From NCBI GenBank assembly GCA_048571215.1, contig CP182352.1, forward strand, positions 800,001-864,000: a stretch of DNA of 64,000 nt, given 5' to 3'. A program made the translations under genes and the position numbers. Below the pieces are notes generated by a model that saw nothing but the letters and a program-made list of their open reading frames with translations, was not told the DNA's origin and searched no databases. The stretch comes from Halarcobacter sp. (GTDB taxonomy: Bacteria > Campylobacterota > Campylobacteria > Campylobacterales > Arcobacteraceae). The stretch's first letter is position 1. Every line of letters starts with the position of its first letter. Shown here in pieces: positions 51,159 through 60,847 of this stretch.

Positions 51159-52048
51159 TGTATAATCACCTTTGAGTCTTTTTGTTTATGATGAATATAT
51201 TCAAAAGAATTATTTAACTCTATGCTGTGTTTATTTCTAATACCTATTAAAATATATCCTAATTTTTTTTGTTTTAAATCATAATATGAAAAATAGCTAA
51301 AAACCATATCTTTACTTGAAATATAACCATAATCATTTAGATTTGATAGATTTAAATTATTTAAAAGAGTACTATTTGAGTTATTTACTAATACAAATTT
51401 ATCAATAGTGGAATTGTTTTTTAATTTACTAGCAATATCTAAATATTTTTTATCTAATAAAATAAAAAGTTCATAAGCTCTTTGTTTTATTTGATTTGTT
51501 AGATGTTCAAAACCAACAATTGTTTCAATACTTCCTATCATTTTATTTTGATAGATAATGGGAGAGATAGCTTTTATATTTAATCGTTTACCAAGCTCTA
51601 TAGATACAATAGGTTTTTTTGTTTTATAAACCTTTACTAAGCCCTGTCTAAAAGAGTTTAAAGGTATATCTTTTTTACTAATATCCCAACTTCTTAGATA
51701 TGTTGTTAAATCTTTATTATGTATTTGTACATCAACTTTACTATTTTGAATATCTTTTAAATGTTTTAATTTTTTATTTACAATCTTAAAACTTTCAATT
51801 CTATTTTTTTGTATAAAGCTATTTATTATCTCTTTATCTTCTGAAAGAAGTATTGATAAAGATAGGGCATAACGCTTTTGTTCTTCTAAAAGATTTTTGG
51901 TAATAATCAAACCATCTTCAAGTTGAGTTAAAACCTCTTCACTTTTATCTAGTTTTGTTAGGGTATAAAATATAAAACTCAAAAGTATCAGAGCTAAGAT
52001 GGAAATAATTAAAATATATCTAGTTATTTTAGAGTAAGGAGATTTCAA
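51155..52048 (-). CDS. Membrane-anchored stand-alone Cache-like sensor protein
   Basis: One N-terminal TM; QIH...LRSW, IELG, AISPI pattern; no output domain. Confidence 0.6.
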   Translation of the reverse strand: MKSPYSKITRYILIISILALILLSFIFYTLTKLDKSEEVLTQLEDGLIITKNLLEEQKRYALSLSILLSEDKEIINSFIQKNRIESFKIVNKKLKHLKDIQNSKVDVQIHNKDLTTYLRSWDISKKDIPLNSFRQGLVKVYKTKKPIVSIELGKRLNIKAISPIIYQNKMIGSIETIVGFEHLTNQIKQRAYELFILLDKKYLDIASKLKNNSTIDKFVLVNNSNSTLLNNLNLSNLNDYGYISSKDMVFSYFSYYDLKQKKLGYILIGIRNKHSIELNNSFEYIHHKQKDSKVIIQ

Positions 52049-52168
52049 AATGTATACCTATAATGTCTATTTTTATAAAATATAACTAAAATTAGATAAA
52101 AGGTGAATACTTTTTATAAAGGCAAGCTAATGATTAAGGAAAAATTAAAAAATCATTAGCTAAATATC

Positions 52169-53164
52169 TTATTTCTCTTCTGTATAAATCTCATCAAGTA
52201 AGCTATCAACAAAGTTATCAGGACTAAATTCAACTAAATCATTTGCACTCTCACCAATACCCACATAAAAAATTGGAAGTTCTAGTTGATTTGAGATAGA
52301 AAATAATGCTCCACCTTTTGCAGTACCATCAAGTTTTGTAACAATGATACCATCAATTCCAACCATCTCATTAAATGCTTTTGCTTGTGCAATTGCTGAG
52401 TTTCCTTGAGTACCATCTAGTATCATAAGTTTTTGATGAGGTGCATTCTCTTTAGCTTTTCCACATACTTTAACTATTTTTTTAAGTTCATTACTTAGGT
52501 TTGTTTGGGTTTGTAAACGTCCTGCTGTATCAATAATAACATTATCAATATCTCTTGCAATTGCAGATGAAATAGTATCATATGCAACTGCACTTGCATC
52601 ATGACCTTGTTTTGTTTTTATAATTGGCACATCTATTTTTTCTGCCCAAGTTGCTAGTTGTTCAATAGCTGCAGCTCTAAAAGTATCACCAGCTCCTAAA
52701 ATAACCGTTTTACCTTCTTTTTTACTTCTATTTGCAAGTTTAGCAATAGTAGTAGTTTTACCTGCACCATTTACACCAATGATTAATCTTACAAATGGTT
52801 TTGGAAGATTCTCTAAATCAACTTCTGGTGCATGTTCAAAAAGCATTACAAGTCTATGTCTTAATTGTTTTCTTGTAATCTCAGTTGGAAGTCCATCCAT
52901 AGCTTTTTCTATAATCTCATATTCCATATCTGCTTCAATTAGAAGCTCTTCTATATCATCAAAAGCAATTTTTTCTTTTTTTTGTGGAACTACTGATTTA
53001 ATATTATCAAAGGTTTTAGATAGTGCTTTTGAGAAAAATCCTTTTGAATTTTCCTCTTCTACACTCTGTATTTTCTCTTTATCAATTTTATTCTCTTCTG
53101 ATTCTTGATTGTTTTGTTTTTCAATCTCTTCAGTATCTTTTTTTTTCTTTAAAAAACTAAACAT
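52169..53164 (-). CDS. ftsY: SRP receptor FtsY
   Basis: GVNGAGKTTT, DTFRAAA, DTAGR, TKLDGTAKGG. Confidence 0.97.
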   Translation of the reverse strand: MFSFLKKKKDTEEIEKQNNQESEENKIDKEKIQSVEEENSKGFFSKALSKTFDNIKSVVPQKKEKIAFDDIEELLIEADMEYEIIEKAMDGLPTEITRKQLRHRLVMLFEHAPEVDLENLPKPFVRLIIGVNGAGKTTTIAKLANRSKKEGKTVILGAGDTFRAAAIEQLATWAEKIDVPIIKTKQGHDASAVAYDTISSAIARDIDNVIIDTAGRLQTQTNLSNELKKIVKVCGKAKENAPHQKLMILDGTQGNSAIAQAKAFNEMVGIDGIIVTKLDGTAKGGALFSISNQLELPIFYVGIGESANDLVEFSPDNFVDSLLDEIYTEEK

Positions 53165-53724
53165 TATATTTTCCCAAGTGCATTTTTAATATCTACTTCC
53201 ATCATCTCTTCTGGAACTATACCAACATATTTTTGGATGATTTTCCCAGTTTTATCTATCATAAACATTGTAGGAATACTTTTGATTCCACCTAAAGCAT
53301 TAGCTAATTTAAAATTTTCTAAACTATTTGTAACAGTATAGTTTATACCATAGTCTTGAATAAATTGATTCATTATAGCATTTGTTTGAAGAGTATTGTC
53401 TTCTTGACCCATATTTATACTAATTATCTCAAAAGTATCTTTATAATCTTTTTGTAAACTTATTAAATGTGGAATCTCTGCCTCACAAGGTGCACACCAA
53501 GTTGCCCAAAAGTTTAGTAATACTAACTTATCACTAGCTTTGTCTTTCTCTTTCAAAACTTTTATGAGATCATCTTTCGTCTCAATAGTTATTTTTGTAC
53601 TATCTATAGCAGATAATACAAACTTTGTTTGAACTTTTTCTTTTACAATCTCTTTTTTAGAATCACATCCTGAAAATAGTATGGTTATAGAAATTATAAA
53701 AAATGCTATTTTTTTAAACTGCAT
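53164..53724 (-). CDS. TlpA-family lipoprotein thioredoxin
   Basis: Lipobox FSGC; NFWATWCAPC. Confidence 0.9.
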   Translation of the reverse strand: MQFKKIAFFIISITILFSGCDSKKEIVKEKVQTKFVLSAIDSTKITIETKDDLIKVLKEKDKASDKLVLLNFWATWCAPCEAEIPHLISLQKDYKDTFEIISINMGQEDNTLQTNAIMNQFIQDYGINYTVTNSLENFKLANALGGIKSIPTMFMIDKTGKIIQKYVGIVPEEMMEVDIKNALGKI

Positions 53725-53784
53725 TTTAATTCCTTACTGGTAAAATTATTTGAGGTAAGAAGTTTACCGAAGTAAGGCTTAAAT

Positions 53785-54321
53785 ATGATAAATGATCACA
53801 AAAGTGATTTTAGAAAATCGTGTCTTAAAAGATTAGAGTTTTCAAGCCGCTTTTTAAAGTACAACAAAGACAAGAAAACAGTTAAAAAATTAAAAAGATT
53901 TATAGACAAGCACAAAGCAAAAAATATATTATTATATATTCCTCTTGGTGTGGAAGTTGATGTACAACCACTAATCAAATTACTAAGAAGGGAACAGAAA
54001 AATGTGTATGTTCCCTATATGCAGAAGGACAGTTTTAAATTAGTAAAATATAGATTACCATTAGAGAAAAAAAAGTTTGGTATAAAAGAACCAAAAAATT
54101 CATTTTGTAGAAATAACAAGATTGAACTTGCAATAGTACCAATTGTAGGAGTTGATGGCGTATGCAAGAGAATTGGTTTTGGTAGAGGAATGTATGATAG
54201 GTTTTTTGATAGATTAAACTATAGACCTACAATTGTTTTCACTCAATTAACACTTTGTAAAGCAAAAGAGACTTTAACTGATAAATACGATATTCAAGCC
54301 GATTATATAATAACAACTTAA
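53785..54321 (+). CDS. 5-formyltetrahydrofolate cyclo-ligase
   Basis: FGIKEP, RIGFGRGMYDR. Confidence 0.9.
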   Translation: MINDHKSDFRKSCLKRLEFSSRFLKYNKDKKTVKKLKRFIDKHKAKNILLYIPLGVEVDVQPLIKLLRREQKNVYVPYMQKDSFKLVKYRLPLEKKKFGIKEPKNSFCRNNKIELAIVPIVGVDGVCKRIGFGRGMYDRFFDRLNYRPTIVFTQLTLCKAKETLTDKYDIQADYIITT

Positions 54322-54325
54322 GGTT

Positions 54326-55876
54326 ATGAATATGGAATTAGTACTGGTTGGAATAATTACTGCGATAGCTAGTTCAATACTTAGTGTATTCGTAGTAAAA
54401 AAGATTAATAAAGCAAAATTTGATATATATATTGAACAAGCTAAAGCAAAAGCAAAAGTAATAGAACACGAAGCAGAGGTTATATTAAAGGATGCTCAGA
54501 TAAGAGCTAAGAAAGACTATGACAGAGAGTTTAAAGTTGCTAGACGTGAATATGAGGAGATGCTTTCAAAAATAGAGAAAAAAGAGAAAGAATTAAATCA
54601 TCACTTAGAGTCAGAACTTAAAACAATTAGGGAACAAAAAGCTGAGATTGTTGAAAAAAATGAGAAAATAACAACAATTAAAGAGGGATTAAAAAAACAA
54701 CAAAAAACATATGAAGAAAAAATTACAAAAGCTATAAAAGTATTAGAAAATGCTTCTGGACTTACAGAGGATGAAGCAAAGGAGTTAATGCTTGAAAAAG
54801 TAAAAGAGGATAGTAGAGCTAAAATAGCTTCAATCTTTAGAAAAAAATATAAGTTAGCTGAATCAAAATGTAAAGATGAGATTAACAATATGTTGTCCCA
54901 TGCTGTTACAAGATATGCAGGAGAGTTTGCAGCTGAAAGACTTATAAATAATATTCCTATAAATGATGAAGAGACAAAAGGGAAAATTATTGGTAAAGAG
55001 GGTAGAAATATTAAAGCCCTAGAGATGTTGCTTGGAGTTGATATTATTATTGATGATACCCCAAATACAATAACAATTTCATCTTTTAATCTTTATAGAC
55101 GTGCTATTGCTACAAAAACAATTAAAGCACTTTTAGAAGATGGAAGAATTCAACCTGCAAGAATAGAAGAGATTTACAATAAAGTAAAAAATGAATTTGA
55201 TAAGAATATCCAAAAAGAGGGTGAGGATGTAGTTTTAGAACTTGGTATCAAGTCTATGCATCCAGAGCTTATAAAACTTGTTGGAAGACTTAGATATAGA
55301 GCTTCTTATGGGCAAAATGCTTTAGCACATACCTTGGAAGTTTCCCACTTAGCTGGTTTACTTGCAGCACAAATGGGTGGAGATGCAATTTTAGCAAGAC
55401 GGGCAGGACTTTTACATGATATAGGAAAAGCTTTAACCCATGAGATGCCAGGAAGTCATGTGGACTTAGGTGCAGAAATCTGTAAAAGATATGATGAGCC
55501 AGATACAGTAATCAATGGTATTTATGCTCATCATGGTCATGAAGAACCTATAAATGTAGAGAGTGCAGCAGTCTGTGCAGCAGATGCTCTAAGTGCAGCA
55601 AGACCAGGGGCAAGAAGAGAAGTTCTTGAAAGCTTCCTAAAAAGAGTTGAAGAGGTTGAAAACATCTCTACAAGTAAAACAGGTGTTATTAATGCTTATG
55701 CTATAAATGCTGGACGTGAAGTTAGAGTAATAGTAAAAGCAGAATTAGTAAATGATGATGAATCTATATTACTAGCAACAGAGATAGCAAAAGAGATTGA
55801 ACAAAAAGTTCAATATCCAGGGGAGATTAAGGTTAATGTTATAAGGGAGCTTCGAGCCCAGTCTTACGCAAGATAA
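54326..55876 (+). CDS. rny: Ribonuclease Y
   Basis: TM, coiled coil, KH (KGKIIGKEGRNI), HD (LLHDIGK), SAARPGAR. Confidence 0.97.
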   Translation: MNMELVLVGIITAIASSILSVFVVKKINKAKFDIYIEQAKAKAKVIEHEAEVILKDAQIRAKKDYDREFKVARREYEEMLSKIEKKEKELNHHLESELKTIREQKAEIVEKNEKITTIKEGLKKQQKTYEEKITKAIKVLENASGLTEDEAKELMLEKVKEDSRAKIASIFRKKYKLAESKCKDEINNMLSHAVTRYAGEFAAERLINNIPINDEETKGKIIGKEGRNIKALEMLLGVDIIIDDTPNTITISSFNLYRRAIATKTIKALLEDGRIQPARIEEIYNKVKNEFDKNIQKEGEDVVLELGIKSMHPELIKLVGRLRYRASYGQNALAHTLEVSHLAGLLAAQMGGDAILARRAGLLHDIGKALTHEMPGSHVDLGAEICKRYDEPDTVINGIYAHHGHEEPINVESAAVCAADALSAARPGARREVLESFLKRVEEVENISTSKTGVINAYAINAGREVRVIVKAELVNDDESILLATEIAKEIEQKVQYPGEIKVNVIRELRAQSYAR

Positions 55877-56007
55877 GGTTCATCTTTCTCCCTTACTCTG
55901 CGTTGAAGAGAAAAATATAATGCTCACGTACTTAAGTGTACGCTCCGCTTAAATTTTTCTCTTCGCCTTGATTAAAACAAAAATATAAACCTTCCCTTGC
56001 GTAAGAC
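55861..56007. repeat. 147-bp nested palindromic element (RPE/ERIC-like MITE)
   Basis: Terminal IR GTCTTACGCAAG/CTTGCGTAAGAC, inner IR GAAGAGAAAAAT/ATTTTTCTCTTC, core GCTCACGTAC...GTACGCTCCGC. Confidence 0.7.
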
Positions 56008-56112
56008 AATATTATTGATTTCTAACATAATCTAAAACTTACCATGCATAACTTTTATTATAAATAAACTTTCTTTTAAATATTTTTTTAATCTAAAATT
56101 CAATAACACTCT

Positions 56113-56613
56113 TTAATTTAACTGACTATTCTTTCTATTTTTTCTAACAGAATATATCCAAAAGAAGTTTACTAATATTGCACATATTACACTTGAGAAT
56201 ATTCCTACAACTAATGCTCCACTCCAAAGGCTAAGGGCTATATTTCCAAAATTGTCATACATTGAATTAAATTCAAACTCTATTGGATTTTTAGGTTCTA
56301 TTATTAGTTTTCCTATTTGGTATTCAAAATAAAAAAGTGGTGGCATAGTAAGAGGGTTACTTATAAATATAAGTGTAAAACTAAGTGGTAGGTTTGCATT
56401 AAATGCTATTGCTAAAAGTGATGATAATACCATTTGAAGTGGCATAGGCAGACAAGCTACAAATATTCCTATTAGTACGCCTAGGACAACTTTTTTACGA
56501 GAAATACTCCAAATTTCTCTTTTTTGTAAAAAATTTCCAAATATTTTTAAAAATTTTTGTTCTTTTATTCTTTCGTGACTTGGCAAAATTCTTTTTAATT
56601 TTTTTCGTGGCAA
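56113..56613 (-). CDS. DUF2062-family membrane protein
   Basis: PMPLQM, ISNPLTMPP. Confidence 0.85.
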   Translation of the reverse strand: MPRKKLKRILPSHERIKEQKFLKIFGNFLQKREIWSISRKKVVLGVLIGIFVACLPMPLQMVLSSLLAIAFNANLPLSFTLIFISNPLTMPPLFYFEYQIGKLIIEPKNPIEFEFNSMYDNFGNIALSLWSGALVVGIFSSVICAILVNFFWIYSVRKNRKNSQLN

Positions 56614-56769
56614 ATTTACTCTTTAAAATTTTTTGAGATTTTATCAAATTAAAGTCCTAGTTTGATTACATTAATAAATTAGTTATAGATATTAATTATT
56701 TAAAATAATTATTTTTTTTGAATTATTATATTTGATATTCATTGTATCTTGAAGTAGATATCGAATATA

Positions 56770-56809
56770 CGTTGTTTATAGGAATATATAGTGACTTAAG
56801 TATATAACG
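56770..56809 (+). promoter_or_regulatory. ModE-like operator
   Basis: Perfect TATATAACG half-site (56801-56809) with CGTTGTTTATA upstream, before a TOBE gene. Confidence 0.5.
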
Positions 56810-56895
56810 TTTTCTTTTATATTTAAGTTATTTTTTAATAAAAATTAAGTTTATGTAGTTATAATCTATTTATATTTTATTATAAAGGACATAGT

Positions 56896-57309
56896 ATGAA
56901 AACAAGTGCAAGAAATGAGTTAACAGGTAAGATTACAGAGCTTAAATCAGGTGCAGTTATGGCAGAAGTTAAAGTAGAAGTTGCTTCAAATGTTTTAGTA
57001 TCGGCTACAATTACAAATGAATCAAAAGAGTTATTAGGTTTAGAAGTTGGTTCAGAAGTATCTGCTTTGATTAAAGCACCAGCAATTATTATCTCAAAAG
57101 TTAAATTAAAAGCAAGTGCAAGAAATATAATAGAAGGTTCTATTACTGAGATTAAAAAAGGGCAAGTTAGTTCTGAAGTAAAACTTTCTGTTGGAGATAA
57201 TCAAATTTGTGCAGTAGTTACAAATGATGCAGTTGAAGATTTACAATTAAATATATCAGATACTGTATTTGCTATTTTTAAAGCTTCAAGTGTAATATTA
57301 GTTGCATAA
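56896..57309 (+). CDS. Tandem TOBE/Mop molybdate/tungstate-binding protein
   Basis: Two SARN repeats with KAP/KAS ends. Confidence 0.9.
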   Translation: MKTSARNELTGKITELKSGAVMAEVKVEVASNVLVSATITNESKELLGLEVGSEVSALIKAPAIIISKVKLKASARNIIEGSITEIKKGQVSSEVKLSVGDNQICAVVTNDAVEDLQLNISDTVFAIFKASSVILVA

Positions 57310-57340
57310 AAAATTAGGTGAGAATAATCTATATTCTCAC

Positions 57341-57826
57341 TTATTTACTCATAATGATTGATACTATTCTAAAAGGTGATGTCTTGTTGTTTTTCGCAAG
57401 TTTATAAATAGAGATTTCATCATTTATTTTTATTCCATTATTTTCTAAATTCATTATGGCATAATCATATTCAACATTTAAGATTTTAAAAGAATCTTTT
57501 AATGGAGCATTTAAAACACTTTTTATAATAGTACCCTTTGGGTTTTCTCCACTTGGAGCATTTAAAACAAATACTGAGCTTGTAATTATGGTAATTGATG
57601 CTGCTATTAAAAATATTTTTTTATTAAAATAGTTTTTCATACTTTTCCAATTAAAAAAAACATGAAGCAAAATTGCTCCAACAAAAAATAATCCTAATAT
57701 CTCATGCATCTCTTTTACTTTTGAATCAAAAAAGTGAAAATACATCATAATTCCACTTCCTCCTATGACTAAAAATAGCACTGTAGTAAAGGATGTAGCA
57801 AAATCTCTTTTTATAATATTTTTCAT
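57341..57826 (-). CDS. DUF4405-like membrane protein (likely start ~57826)
   Basis: SG, HE, LH...NW pattern in TM helices. Confidence 0.65.
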   Translation of the reverse strand: MKNIIKRDFATSFTTVLFLVIGGSGIMMYFHFFDSKVKEMHEILGLFFVGAILLHVFFNWKSMKNYFNKKIFLIAASITIITSSVFVLNAPSGENPKGTIIKSVLNAPLKDSFKILNVEYDYAIMNLENNGIKINDEISIYKLAKNNKTSPFRIVSIIMSK

Positions 57827-57976
57827 CTATCTCTCCCTTTTAATTTATATGAAATTATATTATATAAATATTACAGTAATTGAATATTAGATTAATGATA
57901 TATTAACAACTATTATTTAAATAGAATCCTTAACAATTTTTAACTATAATACAAAAAAATTACAGTTAAGAGAGAT

Positions 57977-58573
57977 ATGAAAACAAATAAACCAACTACA
58001 AGAATAATTGCAGGGAAATATAAAGGGAAGACTTTAGAGTTGCCTTCACTTGAGGTAACTAGAAGTTCAAAAGCTAGATTAAAAGAGTCTTTTTTTAATG
58101 TTTTACAATTTGATATTATAGATAAAATATTTATAGAAAGTTTTGCAGGAAGTGGAAGTATTGGTCTTGAAGCTATAAGTAGAGGCGCAAAAAGAGCATA
58201 TTTTGTTGAACTTGATAAAAACTCTTATAGGATTTTAACAAAAAATTGTAAGTTGATTGAACCTAATAGTTGTCAAACTACTCTAGGAGATACTTTTGTT
58301 CAAACCCCAAGTATTTTAAATTCACTTAAAAATTCAAATGATGAAGTTATTTTATATATTGATCCACCTTTTGATTACAGAGAAGGGATGGAAGAGATTT
58401 ATGAAAAAAGTTTTAAGATGATTGAAAATATTGAAAATGAAAATATATTTATGGTGATAATAGAGCATGTTACTGCTTTAGTAATACCTCAAAACTTAGG
58501 GAAATTTTCACTTCATAAGACAAAAAAATTTGGTAAAAGCTCTTTATCTTATTTTACATATACACAAGAGTAG
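57977..58573 (+). CDS. rsmD: 16S rRNA m2G966 methyltransferase
   Basis: RIIAGKYKG, FAGSGSIGLEAISRGA, DPPF. Confidence 0.92.
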   Translation: MKTNKPTTRIIAGKYKGKTLELPSLEVTRSSKARLKESFFNVLQFDIIDKIFIESFAGSGSIGLEAISRGAKRAYFVELDKNSYRILTKNCKLIEPNSCQTTLGDTFVQTPSILNSLKNSNDEVILYIDPPFDYREGMEEIYEKSFKMIENIENENIFMVIIEHVTALVIPQNLGKFSLHKTKKFGKSSLSYFTYTQE

Positions 58574-58576
58574 TTT

Positions 58577-59377
58577 ATGATAAAAGTGGCCGCTAGTATA
58601 CTAATTGCTTTGATATTTTTAGTATTATTCATGCCATTTTTTTATACAGTTTCCCCCTATGAATTAAATCCACAAAAAATTCTTTTAGCTCCTAGTTTTG
58701 AACACCTATTTGGTACAGATAGATTAGGAAGAGATATGTTAGCTAGAGTTTTAAATGGAGGTCAAACTTCACTTATAATAGGTTTTCTAAGTGCAGCAAT
58801 AGCCTCAATAATTGGACTTTTTATAGGTATAAATGCAGGTTATTTTAAAGGTAAAATTGATAAAGGGATTACTATACTAATTGACTTATTTTTAACTTTC
58901 CCAACATTTTTTTTACTTTTGGCTTTGGTTTCATATATCCAAGCTTCTACTTTAGTTTTGATTATTGTTATATCAATAACAGGTTGGATGGGGATGGCAA
59001 GACTTATTAGAAGTGAAAGTTTTGCTATAGGAAATAAACCTTTTATTAAAATTTTAAGCTTAGCAAAGGTATCTAAAACTAAAATCATCTTTAAATATTT
59101 TGCGCCACTTTTAGCTCCTATATTTCTTATATCATTTACTTTTTCAGTTGGAGGAGCTATCTTAGCTGAGTCTGGATTATCATTTTTAGGTCTTGGGGTA
59201 AATCCTCCCCAAATGTCATGGGGAAGTTTGCTAAGTGATGGAAAAGCTGTTATGGATATAGCTTGGTGGGTTAGTTTTTTCCCTGGTCTTATGATTTTTA
59301 TAGTAACTTTTTGTTTGATGCAAATATCTGATTTCTTACAAGCTAAAGCAAATACAAAAGAGATACAATCAACTTAG
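58577..59377 (+). CDS. Peptide/nickel ABC transporter permease (DppC/OppC-like)
   Basis: FGTDRLGRD, ESGLSFLGLG, SWG. Confidence 0.9.
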   Translation: MIKVAASILIALIFLVLFMPFFYTVSPYELNPQKILLAPSFEHLFGTDRLGRDMLARVLNGGQTSLIIGFLSAAIASIIGLFIGINAGYFKGKIDKGITILIDLFLTFPTFFLLLALVSYIQASTLVLIIVISITGWMGMARLIRSESFAIGNKPFIKILSLAKVSKTKIIFKYFAPLLAPIFLISFTFSVGGAILAESGLSFLGLGVNPPQMSWGSLLSDGKAVMDIAWWVSFFPGLMIFIVTFCLMQISDFLQAKANTKEIQST

Positions 59378-60195
59378 ATTTTATTTAACAATTTATCCAA
59401 TAAGTTTGTACTTAAAACTCTTTTTAGAAACCCTAAAATATAAGTTGCTTTAGTGACATAATATCTTGGTTTTGGTTTTCTTGTATTTATGATTTTTAAT
59501 ACTACCTTTGCAACACTACTAGCTGGTAGATTAAAAGGTGTAGTATCTTTATCATTTTCCAATCTTGCTTTTAATTCATTTTCATAAGTTGTTTTAAAAG
59601 CACTTGAGTTTATATCAATATTTTTTCTAAATTTTTCTAGGGCATTTTCTCTAAACTTACTTGTTACTGGTCCCGTGTTTATTACAGATATATAAATATT
59701 TGTATCTATAAGTTCTTGTCTTAGTGTATCATTTAGGCCTTCAATTGCATATTTTGAGGCATTATAAGCACCCCTAAATTTTAGACTTATTATCCCTAAA
59801 ACTGAAGAGTGTTGAATGATTTTTCCAAAGCCTTGTTTTCTAAAAATTTGTAGGGTTTGTCTTGTAACTTCATGCAGTCCAAAAACATTTGTTTCAAACT
59901 GCTCTTTTAAAGTTTCAAGGGATAAGTCTTCAACAGCACCAGGTTGTCCAAAACCTGCATTGTTAAATACTACATCCAATGTTTTATCATTTTTTATAAT
60001 TGTTTCTAAAGCTATTTTTATATGTTCTTTATTTGTAATATCAAGTAAAAAGGTTTCAAAACCTAAATCTTCAAGCATTTTTACATCTTGTTGTTTTCTA
60101 GCACTGGCATAAACTTTTATCCCATTTTTTTTTAAGGTTTTTGCTGTTTGAAGACCAATACCACTTGAACAACCCGTTATAAGTATATTTTGCAT
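59374..60195 (-). CDS. SDR oxidoreductase
   Basis: TGCSSGIG, NNAG, YNASK. Confidence 0.9.
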   Translation of the reverse strand: MQNILITGCSSGIGLQTAKTLKKNGIKVYASARKQQDVKMLEDLGFETFLLDITNKEHIKIALETIIKNDKTLDVVFNNAGFGQPGAVEDLSLETLKEQFETNVFGLHEVTRQTLQIFRKQGFGKIIQHSSVLGIISLKFRGAYNASKYAIEGLNDTLRQELIDTNIYISVINTGPVTSKFRENALEKFRKNIDINSSAFKTTYENELKARLENDKDTTPFNLPASSVAKVVLKIINTRKPKPRYYVTKATYILGFLKRVLSTNLLDKLLNKI

Positions 60196-60809
60196 TAATA
60201 TTTCCCTACAAGGATTTCATCTAAAGCTCTTTTAGGAACACAATGATTATCTTCTTGATCTCTATAATAGTTAGTATCATCTTTTAGGTCTACTATTTGT
60301 ATATTTTCTGCTTCTATACCAACAGCTATTCCTAAGATTGGTTCTAGGTTTTGTGGTAGATTAAAAAGGTTTTTACAAAGATCCTTATCTATTGAAGCTA
60401 ATGGGCATGAAGCATAGCCTTTTATTTTAAGACCTATCATTATGGAGTTTAAAGTTATACCACAATCAAGCATGGCAAAGCCATCTATTGTAGTATCATT
60501 TAAAACTACAATAAATGCGCTAGGTTGTTCATCTTCACTTTGATCCCAACTGCTTAAATGACTTGCCCATTTACAAGTGTTTGAAAGTTTTTTTACTAAA
60601 TCTTTTTTAGTTACTATTATATATTTTAAGGGTTGTTTATTCATAGCACTAGAGCTTAGTCTTGTTATATCAATAATCTCTTCCAATTCTTTAGACTCTA
60701 TAGTTATATCTTTTTTAAAGCGTCTTGTAGTTCTCGTTTTTTTTACTAATTGTTTATATTCATCAAATTTCATATTAAGTCCTAATTTTAAATCATGGTA
60801 TAATACCAA
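60195..60809 (-). CDS. Nitroreductase-family protein (likely start 60773)
   Basis: RTTRRF, SAMNKQP, VPKR. Confidence 0.85.
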   Translation of the reverse strand: MVLYHDLKLGLNMKFDEYKQLVKKTRTTRRFKKDITIESKELEEIIDITRLSSSAMNKQPLKYIIVTKKDLVKKLSNTCKWASHLSSWDQSEDEQPSAFIVVLNDTTIDGFAMLDCGITLNSIMIGLKIKGYASCPLASIDKDLCKNLFNLPQNLEPILGIAVGIEAENIQIVDLKDDTNYYRDQEDNHCVPKRALDEILVGKY

Positions 60810-60847
60810 AATTTTTATAATAACTATAAAATAAAGATGGAATATAA

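Noticed and set aside
53725..53784. 6S RNA upstream of the 5-FTHF cyclo-ligase
   Set aside because: The intergenic gap is only 60 bp.
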